Shown one piece after another: positions 1-9,234 of a stretch of 64,000 nt of DNA; position 1 is the stretch's first letter; every line of letters starts with the position of its first letter. The DNA is from a virus (Duplodnaviria > Caudoviricetes). Location of the stretch: positions 1-64,000 of IMG/VR virus record IMGVR_UViG_3300005445_000001; one strand, 5' to 3'. The notes under the pieces were generated by a model. The model ran no database searches. It saw only the letters and a program-made list of their open reading frames with translations, and was not told the origin of the DNA. Position numbers and translations under genes: made by a program.

Positions 1-747
1 TGGCAAGGCGCACCATCGCCCGAGGATCAGGTCAAGGTGTTCGTCGATGCTGCGGGCGACATCGTCAAGGGGAAGGACTTCATTCCAGCATTCGATCTCG
101 AATTTCCAGGCGGTGTGAAGAAAACAGGACGATCGATCTCGGAGATCGGAGATCTCACGGAGCGGTTCATCGTCGCGCTCGAGTCGGCCTACGGATCGCC
201 ACCCGTAGTCTACACGTCGAACGGACAGATCGCCGATCCCGACACTGGGCTCGACAACGTATCGATGCCGTTTCTCGCGCGCTGTCCGCTGTGGGTGAAG
301 ACAAGCTACGTTGTACCGGCTGATCAACCGCTCTACACGGGCACGGTTTCGTGGCCTCACATCGGACCGTTGGGATCTGATCCACACGACTACTACCGCG
401 TGCCCAGACCGTGGGACAAGAGTGGTTTCTGGCTCCAACAGTTTCAAGGTGACTGCATTCGATTCCCGTCGACAAACTTGCAACCGTCCGCGTTTGCGCG
501 AACCGTCGACGTGAACCGCTTTCACTATCTGAGCTCGTCGAGCGGCGTTGATCCACGCATTGTTGATGTGCAGAAGCGAATCGCAATTCTCGGTGGCTCA
601 AGGCAAGGCCCACTCAACGCGACCGGAGTTTGGGACTCCGACACTGACGCCGCGGTCAAGAATTACCAGACGGCCCACGGTCTTCAGCCTGACGGCGTCA
701 TAGGCCCCAAAACCTTTGCTGCGCTCAGCTGGGAAAAGGTGGCGTGA
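1..747 (+). CDS. GH25-like muramidase with C-terminal peptidoglycan-binding domain (lysin), 5'-partial
   Basis: Frame open from base 1. GH25-like motifs PAFDLE, PVVYTS, PLWV, LQQF, VDVNRF; C-terminal PG_binding_1-like TDAAVKNYQTAHGLQPDGVIGPKT. Confidence 0.8.
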   Translation, partial: WQGAPSPEDQVKVFVDAAGDIVKGKDFIPAFDLEFPGGVKKTGRSISEIGDLTERFIVALESAYGSPPVVYTSNGQIADPDTGLDNVSMPFLARCPLWVKTSYVVPADQPLYTGTVSWPHIGPLGSDPHDYYRVPRPWDKSGFWLQQFQGDCIRFPSTNLQPSAFARTVDVNRFHYLSSSSGVDPRIVDVQKRIAILGGSRQGPLNATGVWDSDTDAAVKNYQTAHGLQPDGVIGPKTFAALSWEKVA

Positions 748-1658
748 AGATACATCTCGTCACGAAAGCCAACGGGGTTGGCCTATCGCGAGACATCGAG
801 GTGTTGAAGAAGTTTCTGGGGGAGCTCGGCCATGACGTGGAGTACATGGACTGGGAGCTTGACAATCATCGAAGGAATCCAGAGGCCGATCTCAACATCT
901 ACCTAGAGCTCTTCGACAAGCGTTGGCTTCCCACGGCGCACTGGCACGTCGGCATCTTTAACATCGAATGGCTCGATGCGAGCTACCTCGAACACCTTCC
1001 CAAGTTCACGCAGCTGTGGGCCAAGAGTACGCAGCTCAAAGAGTGGTTCGAGCGGCGTGGACTCGCGAGCGAGTTCACCGGGTTTCTATCGCGCGACATG
1101 AACGATCCGACCGTGCTTCGTGAGGATCGGGCGATTCATGTCGTCGGCAACTCGACCGCGAAGGGAACCAACGCTGTGCTCGATGCATGGTCGTCGAAAG
1201 AGGCGATCGTGTTGCCGTCGCTCACCGTGATCTCCGGCTCGCCGATCGATCGCTCGTTCAACGGTCGGGTCTGGCAACAGCACGTCTCGAACGACACGCT
1301 CAAGCGCGAGATGAATGCAGCACGGTTCCACATCTGTCCGTCTGAGGTCGAAGGATGGGGGCACTACATCGCCGAGGGCCTATCGTGCGGGGCGATCATC
1401 GTGACGACCGACATGGCGCCGATGAGCTATCACGTGCGGCCGAACTACGGCCGGTTGATCGTGGGTGGGATAAGGCATCGCGAGCTCCACACGCGGATGT
1501 TCGTCTCGCCGACGCAGATCACCGACTCAGTAGCTTTCTTGACGCAGATGAGCCCCGATCAGCTCGGCTACATGAGCTATCTAGCCCGCAAGGCCTTTGA
1601 GGAGCATCAACGCTTCTTCAAGCTCAAGGCGGCAGAACTGCTCGCGAGACTCAAATAG
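744..1658 (+). CDS. GT-B (GT4-like) glycosyltransferase
   Basis: E-x7-E motif in CPSEVEGWGHYIAEGLSCGAIIVTTD; GTGA overlap with lysin stop. Confidence 0.8.
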   Translation: MKIHLVTKANGVGLSRDIEVLKKFLGELGHDVEYMDWELDNHRRNPEADLNIYLELFDKRWLPTAHWHVGIFNIEWLDASYLEHLPKFTQLWAKSTQLKEWFERRGLASEFTGFLSRDMNDPTVLREDRAIHVVGNSTAKGTNAVLDAWSSKEAIVLPSLTVISGSPIDRSFNGRVWQQHVSNDTLKREMNAARFHICPSEVEGWGHYIAEGLSCGAIIVTTDMAPMSYHVRPNYGRLIVGGIRHRELHTRMFVSPTQITDSVAFLTQMSPDQLGYMSYLARKAFEEHQRFFKLKAAELLARLK

Positions 1659-1686
1659 TCGCAAACTTGCTTGACAGGATGGGAGT

Positions 1687-2646
1687 TTGTATGGTGACGG
1701 CGTGCTCTCCGTCGTCGTCGTGCCTTGTTTCCAGCGACCGGAGTTCCTCGCTGCGACCTTATCGCGAGTCGCGATGGCGCGCGGCGCCGAGGACATGCTC
1801 TACCTGTTCTCGCTCGATCGCGACCACGATCCTCGCGTCGTCGAGGTGATCAATGAGCTCATGCCCAGTGATCGGTTCCAGCGACGGATCGCCAAGCGCA
1901 AGCACGAGTATCGCGGCACGGCGTACAACTTCATGGAGACGTACCGCGACGCGTACCTCTGCAAGAGTGAGATCGTCTACACGATCGAGGACGATATCTT
2001 GGTCTCGGAGGACTACTTCGAGTTTCACGAGGCCGCGCACGAGCTCGACGACGAAGCGGTGTGTGTCTCGGCGTGCAGGAATCAAAATCTCGGCCGCAAG
2101 ATCGAGCCCACCGAGAGCTTTTTCTCGGACATTGACTATGCCCGCACGAAGAAGCTCCACGACACGGGCGATCTGAGCGCGGTCTACCGCCACATCAGCT
2201 ACCAGTCGATCGGCGTATCAATGAAGACCGATCTCATGTGCGCGTTCCTCGAGCACGCGTGCCGTGCGTACTACGACAACCAGATCGACTACTGCACGCG
2301 CGTCCTAAACGATCCGGATCTTCCCGCTGGCGCGGCTAGCCAAGACGGGCTGATCCATCGCGTGATGCGCAAAAACTTGTGGTGGACGATCTACCCGTTC
2401 GTGCCGCGCGCCTATCATGCCGGCTTCGTCGGCTTCAACCGTCGCAACGGGCGTCACCTCGCGATGCCGTGGCGCGAGGGGATGGAGCGGATCCTCGAGA
2501 TGAGCGAGCGCGAGATGAACGCCGCCGCCGATCCCGAGTTTGCCGACATCGAACAGTGCGAGCTCGCGCGCTCGGCGCCTGCAGAGCTTCGCGTTGTCGA
2601 GCTGCCGTCTTCTATGTCGACGCGTGCGGAGAAACGCACGCTCTAG
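1687..2646 (+). CDS. GT-A fold glycosyltransferase
   Basis: N-terminal VVVVPCFQRPEFL and acidic metal-binding IEDDILVSEDY motif; start uncertain. Confidence 0.7.
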   Translation: MYGDGVLSVVVVPCFQRPEFLAATLSRVAMARGAEDMLYLFSLDRDHDPRVVEVINELMPSDRFQRRIAKRKHEYRGTAYNFMETYRDAYLCKSEIVYTIEDDILVSEDYFEFHEAAHELDDEAVCVSACRNQNLGRKIEPTESFFSDIDYARTKKLHDTGDLSAVYRHISYQSIGVSMKTDLMCAFLEHACRAYYDNQIDYCTRVLNDPDLPAGAASQDGLIHRVMRKNLWWTIYPFVPRAYHAGFVGFNRRNGRHLAMPWREGMERILEMSEREMNAAADPEFADIEQCELARSAPAELRVVELPSSMSTRAEKRTL

Positions 2647-2790
2647 TTGGGAAATCGACCGTGGTTGATCAACTTGAGCTCACACGTGACGCTCGATCGC
2701 GAAGTTAGCAATAGGTGAGTGATCACACTAAATTTGCGCTAACTCGGTGATATCTCCTATGCTTTGTGTACCCGACAAGGAGATCTCATC

Positions 2791-3234
2791 ATGGCGATCG
2801 CCGCAACCCTCGTGAACCAAGGCCAACATCGGCTGCGGTACTTGCTGATCTGCAATACGACCGGCACGACCACGCTCACGATCACGACGACCGGCGGCGC
2901 AACGCCGGATCTACTCACCGACTCGGCCGGTACGCACGGGACGATTCGCCAGATGGCGAAGGCGTTCACGCTCGGTTACGGTCTGTTCGCCGCTGGCGCG
3001 CTCACGCAGGCACAGAGCCGCGCGATCTGGCTCGCCGACAACACGGGCGCCAACCTCGGCAACATCCGCATCCAGCGGGCCATGCAGCTCCTCACGAAGC
3101 GCGAGGTGCTCGCGACCGAATGGCTCATCGATGCCAACGTCGACGGTGGTGGGCACCCCACACTCACTGTCACGGCGAACGGCACCGGTTCCTGCTACCT
3201 CGATATCGCAACCCCCGGCACGATCGGCGCCTGA
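2791..3234 (+). CDS. Putative structural protein, tandem paralog A
   Basis: AAGGAG RBS at 2777; beta-rich Thr/Gly/Ala protein with long blocks identical to 3254-3685. Confidence 0.7.
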   Translation: MAIAATLVNQGQHRLRYLLICNTTGTTTLTITTTGGATPDLLTDSAGTHGTIRQMAKAFTLGYGLFAAGALTQAQSRAIWLADNTGANLGNIRIQRAMQLLTKREVLATEWLIDANVDGGGHPTLTVTANGTGSCYLDIATPGTIGA

Positions 3235-3253
3235 GGCGCAAGGAGAACTCGTC

Positions 3254-3685
3254 ATGGCTATTACCATCGCTCTTGTGTTTCAGGGTCACAATCGGCTTCG
3301 CTACTTGATGACCGCAGCCGGCGTCGACACCGGTACGATCACCTCGACGGGCGCGGCTTCGCCCGATCTGCTCACCGACTCTCTCAACGGACCGATCAAG
3401 AATATGGCCAAGGCCTTCACTCTTGGTTACGGCCTGTTTGCGGCGGGCGCCTTGACGCAGGCGCAGTCGCGCGCGATCTGGATGGCGGACAACACCGGCG
3501 CGAACGTCGGCAACGCCAACATCCAACGAGCTCGGCCGCGCTTGCTCAAGCGCACGACGATCGCGACCAATTGGCTCGTCGATGCCAACGTCGACGGCCC
3601 CGGCCATCCGACGATCACGGTCTCGGCCGATGGTGCCGGTACGGCGTACCTCGATCTCCTGGTCGACGGCGCGATCGGCGCGTGA
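3254..3685 (+). CDS. Putative structural protein, tandem paralog B
   Basis: AAGGAG RBS at 3240; shares MAKAFTLGYGLFAAGALTQAQSRAIW and WL-DANVDG with paralog A. Confidence 0.7.
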   Translation: MAITIALVFQGHNRLRYLMTAAGVDTGTITSTGAASPDLLTDSLNGPIKNMAKAFTLGYGLFAAGALTQAQSRAIWMADNTGANVGNANIQRARPRLLKRTTIATNWLVDANVDGPGHPTITVSADGAGTAYLDLLVDGAIGA

Positions 3686-3879
3686 GCCGTGCTCCTCGCA
3701 GCCACGATCATCGTGACAACGTGGGTGGTCGCCTGGTTCCTAGGCGGTTGCGATCGTCGACGTGGCTCTGGCGAGTAGTCACCAAGCCGACCGATCTAGA
3801 TCTCCTCATCGTGCTCTACACGGGCGGGCTCATCGTCGAGATCGCGCGATTCAAGCAGCTGATCGAGATGCTCGGCTAG

Positions 3880-4119
3880 CTACTTCCTCGCGACGATATC
3901 GATCAGGCGGTCGAACATGACGCAGAGATCGTCGGATGCCTGATCGATCGCAGACGCGATGACGCAAGAGCCGATCACCGTGGCGCGAGCCTCTGGCGTG
4001 TTCGGAAGCGGCATTCCACGCTGGCGAGCGAGCTCGCATGCACGAGTAGGTCGCGCCTCGAATAGTCTCTGAGCTTGTTCCTCTCTCGATAGGATCCTTG
4101 CTGGTTCCGCCATCTTCAT
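3880..4119 (-). CDS. Hypothetical protein
   Basis: CAGGAGG RBS before ATG 4119; coupled to upstream ORF. Confidence 0.55.
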   Translation of the reverse strand: MKMAEPARILSREEQAQRLFEARPTRACELARQRGMPLPNTPEARATVIGSCVIASAIDQASDDLCVMFDRLIDIVARK

Positions 4120-4256
4120 TTCCTCCTGAAGGCACATTCGCAGGCGTCTGTGGGCTCGTAGCAGATCGCGCATCGTAGGCTGCGAGCCGCGTACCGGATG
4201 ATGAACTCGAAGAGCAACAGCACGAACGAGATCGCAACACCGATGATCAGGCTCAC
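4116..4256 (-). CDS. Small membrane protein with Cys cluster (46 aa, not in ORF track)
   Basis: MSLIIGVAISFVLLLFEFII hydrophobic stretch then CxxC...CxC; 4-bp overlaps with both neighbours. Confidence 0.5.
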   Translation of the reverse strand: MSLIIGVAISFVLLLFEFIIRYAARSLRCAICYEPTDACECAFRRK

Positions 4257-4546
4257 TCGAGGCCTCGCTCCTTGATCAGCTCGATCAGCACGTCACCGTG
4301 ACACTGCTCGTGAGGTTTGCAGAAACAGCCAAGACGTTTACCGACGAGTTCAGGGAGCCGCTCGAGTAGCCGGGGCAGCATCAAGATCCGAGCACGGTAC
4401 TTCGCGATCGCTTCGGTGCGTGAGCCCACCTTGATCACGCCAGGAACCTTCGATGTAAGGTGCGTGTACATGTTCCCCCAGATCGACCCTCGGCCTATGA
4501 ATACGTCGTAAGGCTCATCGTTTCGGTTCACGCGAACGGTTGGCAC
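4253..4546 (-). CDS. DUF4326 family protein
   Basis: YDVFIGRGSIWGN and LVGKRLGCFCKP...CHGDVL signatures. Confidence 0.85.
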   Translation of the reverse strand: MPTVRVNRNDEPYDVFIGRGSIWGNMYTHLTSKVPGVIKVGSRTEAIAKYRARILMLPRLLERLPELVGKRLGCFCKPHEQCHGDVLIELIKERGLE

Positions 4547-5109
4547 TATCGACCGCTCGAACCGAATCCGTGATCACCGCGATCGGTGATCGAGAGCTCT
4601 TCAACTTCGACGATGTGCACACGCTCGGTGCGGACGAGCACGAGCTGAGCGATGCGATCTCCAGCGAGGACCTTGTATGGATCGTGTCCATGGTTGATCA
4701 CGTTGACCTTGATCGAGCCACGATAGTCGCGATCGATCGTTCCGGTCACGGCGACGACGCCATGATCACGTGCGATGCCCGATCGAGGTTGCACGAACGC
4801 GCCGAATCCATCGGGGAGCTCGATCGTGATGCCCGTGTCGATGAGCCATCGCCGACCGGGCTCGATGAGGATTGAGTCGCGACCGGTCACCGCGTGGAGA
4901 TCGAGGCCGATCGCTCCTTCGGAATGATACTCCAACGGGTAGCCACTCTTGTTGATGATGCGCATCGTCGTAGGGATCACGTATCCGTGTGGTTCATCCA
5001 AGGCTTCTTCGTCGTCGGGTGACGAGAGTTGATCGATCACAGTTTGTGGGATCTTGGGATCGTCTGCTCGCATCACGGGGGTGGGGATCTCTTCGTTGAA
5101 ATCTTCCAT
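4546..5109 (-). CDS. dut: Trimeric dUTPase
   Basis: All five motifs: GLDL, PRSG, GTIDRDYRG, GDRIAQL, RGDHGFGSSG. Confidence 0.95.
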   Translation of the reverse strand: MEDFNEEIPTPVMRADDPKIPQTVIDQLSSPDDEEALDEPHGYVIPTTMRIINKSGYPLEYHSEGAIGLDLHAVTGRDSILIEPGRRWLIDTGITIELPDGFGAFVQPRSGIARDHGVVAVTGTIDRDYRGSIKVNVINHGHDPYKVLAGDRIAQLVLVRTERVHIVEVEELSITDRGDHGFGSSGR

Positions 5110-5138
5110 CACCCCCAACGTACCAAACGACGAGGAGA

Positions 5139-5453
5139 CTATCCGTTGCCGTGTTTCCGTATCCGCTTCGCAACCTGTCGAGCGTTCGCCTCGTTGATGA
5201 ACGTTTGGACGTCTTCGTAGCGCTCGGGGAGCAACTCGAGCGCGCGATCTACTGCGTCATGTGCAAGCTTCGCCGCGACCGTTCGAGCTTGGGCGTATCC
5301 CTGATCGGTGCTCGGCTGCTCGTTGTAAGCCCACGTGTAGCAGATGTTTCGAATGAGCTCAGCGAGTGACAGGTTCTCGACCTGCGCTCGCTGCACGAGA
5401 ACAGCCTCGAGATCCGGCGGCAAACGCAAGGAAAATGTTCTACAGGGGGGCAT
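5139..5453 (-). CDS. Ribbon-helix-helix (CopG/Arc-like) regulator
   Basis: TFSLRLPPDLEAVLVQRAQVENLSLAELIRNI pattern; start reassigned to ATG 5453; divergent from early operon. Confidence 0.7.
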   Translation of the reverse strand: MPPCRTFSLRLPPDLEAVLVQRAQVENLSLAELIRNICYTWAYNEQPSTDQGYAQARTVAAKLAHDAVDRALELLPERYEDVQTFINEANARQVAKRIRKHGNG

Positions 5454-5758
5454 GGGGGTAAGACTCGGATAGCACTTGGATGCGTCCGAGTCTCCCCAGG
5501 CTTGGGTATAATTCCAATGATTACAGAAACAACCGAATGGTTTCGATAGTTTCCGATTCAATTCGAATAATTTCAATAACTTACCTTCAGCTTGACGCCG
5601 ATCCGACGTCGGATTTCGTCCGAATTCCAGTGAAAACTTGACCTCAGGGGTGGGTATTTTTCGCAACACTATCCGAGTAAATTCGCATAAGTATCCGAAT
5701 TTATTGGGACCGAATTCAGTAGATTTCTGGCACCGATCCAGCAATAATCGTAACCAAG
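5454..5758. promoter_or_regulatory. Divergent AT-richer control region with palindromes
   Basis: Palindrome ATCCGACGTCGGAT 5601-5614; IR TAAATTCG/CGAATTTA 5678-5703; recurring TCCGA/CCGAAT words. Confidence 0.6.
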
Positions 5759-5941
5759 ATGTCGAAGGCCAAAACGAAGAAACCCCGCACGGTGCACGTC
5801 GAGTGTTCCACCCCCAACAATTATCGATGGCTTTGCCTGCACGCTCGTGGCGCCACTCTCACCGATGACGGCTTCGAGGTGACCAACGAGTCGGATTGGG
5901 CGGAGTCCCTGCAGGCGGCTAACGGTAGGGAGGTCAATTAG
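5759..5941 (+). CDS. Hypothetical early protein
   Basis: First ORF of + strand operon. Confidence 0.45.
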   Translation: MSKAKTKKPRTVHVECSTPNNYRWLCLHARGATLTDDGFEVTNESDWAESLQAANGREVN

Positions 5942-5943
5942 CC

Positions 5944-6207
5944 ATGCGGACTCTTACCCTGATCCTCGTGCTCCTCGCCGCGTGCGGCGTCGATGCCCCC
6001 ACGACGCCCGACGCGCCCGACGTGCCCCCGTCCATCGTGAACACGATCGACGATACCGCCGTGCCTGCCTTCCCCAACTTCGATTTGCCTTCGTGCGCGT
6101 CGCTCGGTTGCCCGCCGACCATGCCGCTCCTCTGCCGCTCGGGTCGCGGACCTTGCCTCTGTGACCCTGATAACGACGGCGACGCGATGCTCTGCAACCC
6201 GTTCTGA
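5944..6207 (+). CDS. Small Cys-rich lipoprotein
   Basis: Signal peptide MRTLTLILVLLAAC with lipobox; Pro/Asp linker; six-Cys C-terminus. Confidence 0.7.
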   Translation: MRTLTLILVLLAACGVDAPTTPDAPDVPPSIVNTIDDTAVPAFPNFDLPSCASLGCPPTMPLLCRSGRGPCLCDPDNDGDAMLCNPF

Positions 6208-6235
6208 ACATCAACACCAAAAAGGACACACTCCC

Positions 6236-7645
6236 ATGCTCACCACCGACAACAAGTTCTCCGACGAAATCTCCTACGCCGATGACGTCGACGTGACGCC
6301 GCTGCCGCCCACCCCGGTCGTCGATCGCGCTCGCCAAGCGATCCCGACCATCAAGACCGTTCCCGCTCCGGTCGTCGCGCCGAGCGCTAACCCGCTCGTC
6401 AGCACCGAAGGTGCCCAGCGTGCCAAGAGCGACGAGCTCGTCGCCAAGTCGCTCGGTTTCAGCCCCACGCCGCCGGTGTTCGAGATCGGCACGCGCGTCA
6501 ACGCGACCGGCGTGGACAACTTCCGGCGCTCGCGTGAGGACTGGGAGAAGCAGCCGAGCTTGCCGGAGCTGTCGCGCGCATTCACCGCGCAGATCGCGGC
6601 CGAGCGGCGCGAGGACAAGCTCGTGGACGCGATCGAGCTCGTCGCGCTCCCCGATGGGCGGCTAGGTCATCGCCCCGACCGCGACGCGTGGCTCGTTAGC
6701 GAGCGCGCGATGGATGGCCTCGCGACCCACATCACCCCGGGCGGCGCGAGCTACCTCAAGCAGTGCCCGATGGATCTCCGGGCGACCAACCTCAATCATT
6801 GGCTGTCGACGTCCAAGCAGTTGGACGCCCGTGCGAGCAAGAAAGCGGGCTCGGAGGTCTACAAGAACCGTCAGCTCACGCTCCGCACGCGCGCTCGCAA
6901 GGGTGGCAACCGTGAGGTGTTCTCGGTCGTGGGTCCGCGCTACGCCGCGTTCGACGTGGATCGCGTCGCTCGCGAGGCCGCTGAGGGTATCGGTGGCGAC
7001 GCCCGCGGCACGATCACCTATAACGGCTACCGCATGACGCTGGATGCGGTCTTCCACAGCAACATCCGGCCGGAGCACGCGGTCGCGGGCGAGTTTTTCA
7101 AGGGCTGCGTGCGCATCAAGGCCGCTGACGACGGCTCGGGCTCGGTGAACGTCTCGCTGGGCCTCTGGCGCAACTTGTGCCGCAACCTCATCATCGTTGC
7201 GTTCGACAAGGTTCTCGTGGGCTCGCGCAAGCACATCGGCGCCGACACGATGCAGACCGACATCGCCGAGCTCATGGCCGATGCCAGCAAGCGCATTGAC
7301 CTCATCGTCGGCAAGTGGAGCGAGGCGTCCACCGAGCAGATCCTCGAACGGTACGACCTGCAGGACGTGGACGACGTGTTTCGTGGGCTCGTCGTCAACG
7401 GTGCCATAAAGGCGACGGGCATCAAGGATGACGAGATGGTTGGACGCCTGCACCGCGCATGGGAGCGTGAGCCTGGCTACTCGAAGACCGCCATCCTGAA
7501 CGCGATCACGCGCGCCGCGCACACCGAAGAGTGGCGCTCGTGGGCCGACACCGAGGAGCTCGAGTCCGCCGCCGGTGAGTTGCTGTACCAGCCGGTGTGG
7601 TCGCTGGATCTCGGTGACCGCAGCGCAGAGGAGCTTCTCGCCTAG
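6236..7645 (+). CDS. DUF932-like protein
   Basis: AAAGGACACAC leader before ATG 6236; DDGSGSVNVSLGLWRNLCRNLII resembles DUF932 core. Confidence 0.7.
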   Translation: MLTTDNKFSDEISYADDVDVTPLPPTPVVDRARQAIPTIKTVPAPVVAPSANPLVSTEGAQRAKSDELVAKSLGFSPTPPVFEIGTRVNATGVDNFRRSREDWEKQPSLPELSRAFTAQIAAERREDKLVDAIELVALPDGRLGHRPDRDAWLVSERAMDGLATHITPGGASYLKQCPMDLRATNLNHWLSTSKQLDARASKKAGSEVYKNRQLTLRTRARKGGNREVFSVVGPRYAAFDVDRVAREAAEGIGGDARGTITYNGYRMTLDAVFHSNIRPEHAVAGEFFKGCVRIKAADDGSGSVNVSLGLWRNLCRNLIIVAFDKVLVGSRKHIGADTMQTDIAELMADASKRIDLIVGKWSEASTEQILERYDLQDVDDVFRGLVVNGAIKATGIKDDEMVGRLHRAWEREPGYSKTAILNAITRAAHTEEWRSWADTEELESAAGELLYQPVWSLDLGDRSAEELLA

Positions 7646-7678
7646 AGTGCCCCTAGGTTGTGTCCCCTAAGGACACTC

Positions 7679-7756
7679 GGCGAAAACGGTGGTGCTTTGA
7701 TCGGCGAGCAGCACCACCGTTCCCTGGGGCGGCATCCCTAGGCTGATGAGCCTGCC
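7679..7756 (+). ncRNA. Type II hammerhead ribozyme
   Basis: GAAA 7682-7685; stem III 7685-7696/7710-7721; UUC site 7720-7722; stem I 7723-7729/7736-7742; CUGAUGA 7743-7749; stem II GGC 7679-7681/GCC 7750-7752; pseudoknot GGCA 7731-7734/UGCC 7753-7756. Confidence 0.88.
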
Positions 7757-7781
7757 AACACGAACGAAAGGACACACACCC

Positions 7782-8267
7782 ATGTTCGAGAACGAAACCA
7801 TCCTTGCCAACAAGCCCGAGATCGGCTCGTTGCAGTGGCACGCGGACTACCTCGAGAGCTTTCGCAAACCGCTCCTCGCGTCGATGATGAAGCGCGCCGA
7901 GCCCGAAGGGATGACTCGCGTCGCACGCAAACTCACGACCGCTGACGGCTCGTTCGTCATGCCGGGCACGTTCGGTTACGAGCTCGATGGCCGGATCAAA
8001 TTCCTGTGGTTCGGGGCACGTGACGTGCTCCTTTGGGGGATCGAGGAGTTCCAGGCGAACCCCGACGACGCTCAGAGTCGGCTGTACGCATTCCGTGCGC
8101 TCTTGCAGGTCAAGGGATACACCGCGACGCTTGGCGTGCTCTCGACGATGGACGAAGCCGAAAATCACCCGTTCGCCACGCGCGGCGACGGCTTCGACAT
8201 CATCACTCGCGACGCGTACGACGTGCTCAAAAACGCGCTCGAAGCGGTGATCCGGGGAGGCAAGTAG
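7782..8267 (+). CDS. Hypothetical early protein
   Basis: AAAGGACACAC leader before ATG 7782. Confidence 0.7.
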   Translation: MFENETILANKPEIGSLQWHADYLESFRKPLLASMMKRAEPEGMTRVARKLTTADGSFVMPGTFGYELDGRIKFLWFGARDVLLWGIEEFQANPDDAQSRLYAFRALLQVKGYTATLGVLSTMDEAENHPFATRGDGFDIITRDAYDVLKNALEAVIRGGK

Positions 8268-8269
8268 TC

Positions 8270-9082
8270 ATGCCGCAAGAAAAGATTGCCGATCGAATCC
8301 GCAAGTTGATGAAGCTCTCGGAGTCGACCAACGAGCACGAAGCCGCTCAGGCCGCGGCGCGCGCCGCCGAGCTGATGAGCGAGCACGACATCACTGAGGC
8401 GATGCTCAAGGTCGCGAACGACACCAACGAACCCGAGCCCAACGTTCCCGAGCGCATCGTCGAAGAAGGGATAGAAGATGGACTCACGAAGCAGCGCGTT
8501 GCGTGGCGCGATCGCATCTTGAGCGCGCTCGCCGGCTCGCTCGATCTCGAGGGATACTTCTCGGGCGGCAACCTCAAGGTGTTCGGCCGCGAGTCGCATG
8601 TCCAGACGTGGAAGTACGTCGGGATGTACCTCGTCAACGAGGTGGATCGTCTCGCCGATCAGGCGTGGCTCGAAAACGGTAAGGATCTCGCAGCCGTTGG
8701 GCAGGTGGCACGCCAGTGGAAGGGGGCCTATCGTCTCGGCGCTGCGGACGTGATCCACAAACGACTGTACGAGGATCTGTATGCGCGCCGCGCCAAGGAG
8801 CGCGAATACGCAAACGGGGAGGTGCCCAAGATGCTCGCGCCGAGCTCATCGCACGAGATTCGCTCGCAACACGCACTCGTGATCGTCAACAAGACGCTCG
8901 ACGTGATCAAGCGCAATCGCGCCGAGGTCGTGGAGGAGTTCAAGAAGCGTAGCAAGGATCTCAAGCTCCGCTCGACGCCGAATATCGGCAACTCGGTGCG
9001 CAGCCGTTCGGGCTATTACGCTGGTCGCGAAGCGGGCGAGAGCGTGAGCCTTCGCGGCGGCGGAAAGGCGCTCAAGTCGTGA
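8270..9082 (+). CDS. DUF2786 domain protein
   Basis: N-terminal KIADRIRKLMKLSESTNEHEAAQAAARAAELMSEHDI; C-terminal GYYAGREAGE. Confidence 0.85.
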   Translation: MPQEKIADRIRKLMKLSESTNEHEAAQAAARAAELMSEHDITEAMLKVANDTNEPEPNVPERIVEEGIEDGLTKQRVAWRDRILSALAGSLDLEGYFSGGNLKVFGRESHVQTWKYVGMYLVNEVDRLADQAWLENGKDLAAVGQVARQWKGAYRLGAADVIHKRLYEDLYARRAKEREYANGEVPKMLAPSSSHEIRSQHALVIVNKTLDVIKRNRAEVVEEFKKRSKDLKLRSTPNIGNSVRSRSGYYAGREAGESVSLRGGGKALKS

Positions 9083-9234
9083 AGCTCGTCGGCGAACGCT
9101 CGTTGACTACATTCCATCGGCGCTTCCGTTGGCTTGACAAGACCGTTCGCCACGAGTGTGTGGCGCTCGCTCGGATCATGGGGATGGTGATCTGCACCGA
9201 CGGCATTCTCGATGGGATCGAGGTGGAGTCGTGA
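9079..9234 (+). CDS. Small protein, paralog of 9518-9682 (51 aa, not in ORF track)
   Basis: MKLVGERSLTTFHRRFRWLDKT; GTGA overlaps at both ends. Confidence 0.6.
   Translation: MKLVGERSLTTFHRRFRWLDKTVRHECVALARIMGMVICTDGILDGIEVES

Noticed and set aside
2647-2790. Structured RNA before the tandem paralogs (AGTTAGC/GCTAACT stem)
   Set aside because: Stems are short with no strand-diagnostic or catalytic motifs; a promoter or terminator is sufficient.
5454-5744. 97-aa N-terminal extension of the RHH ORF
   Set aside because: AT-rich, palindrome-laden and non-protein-like; the RHH pattern starts at Met 5453.
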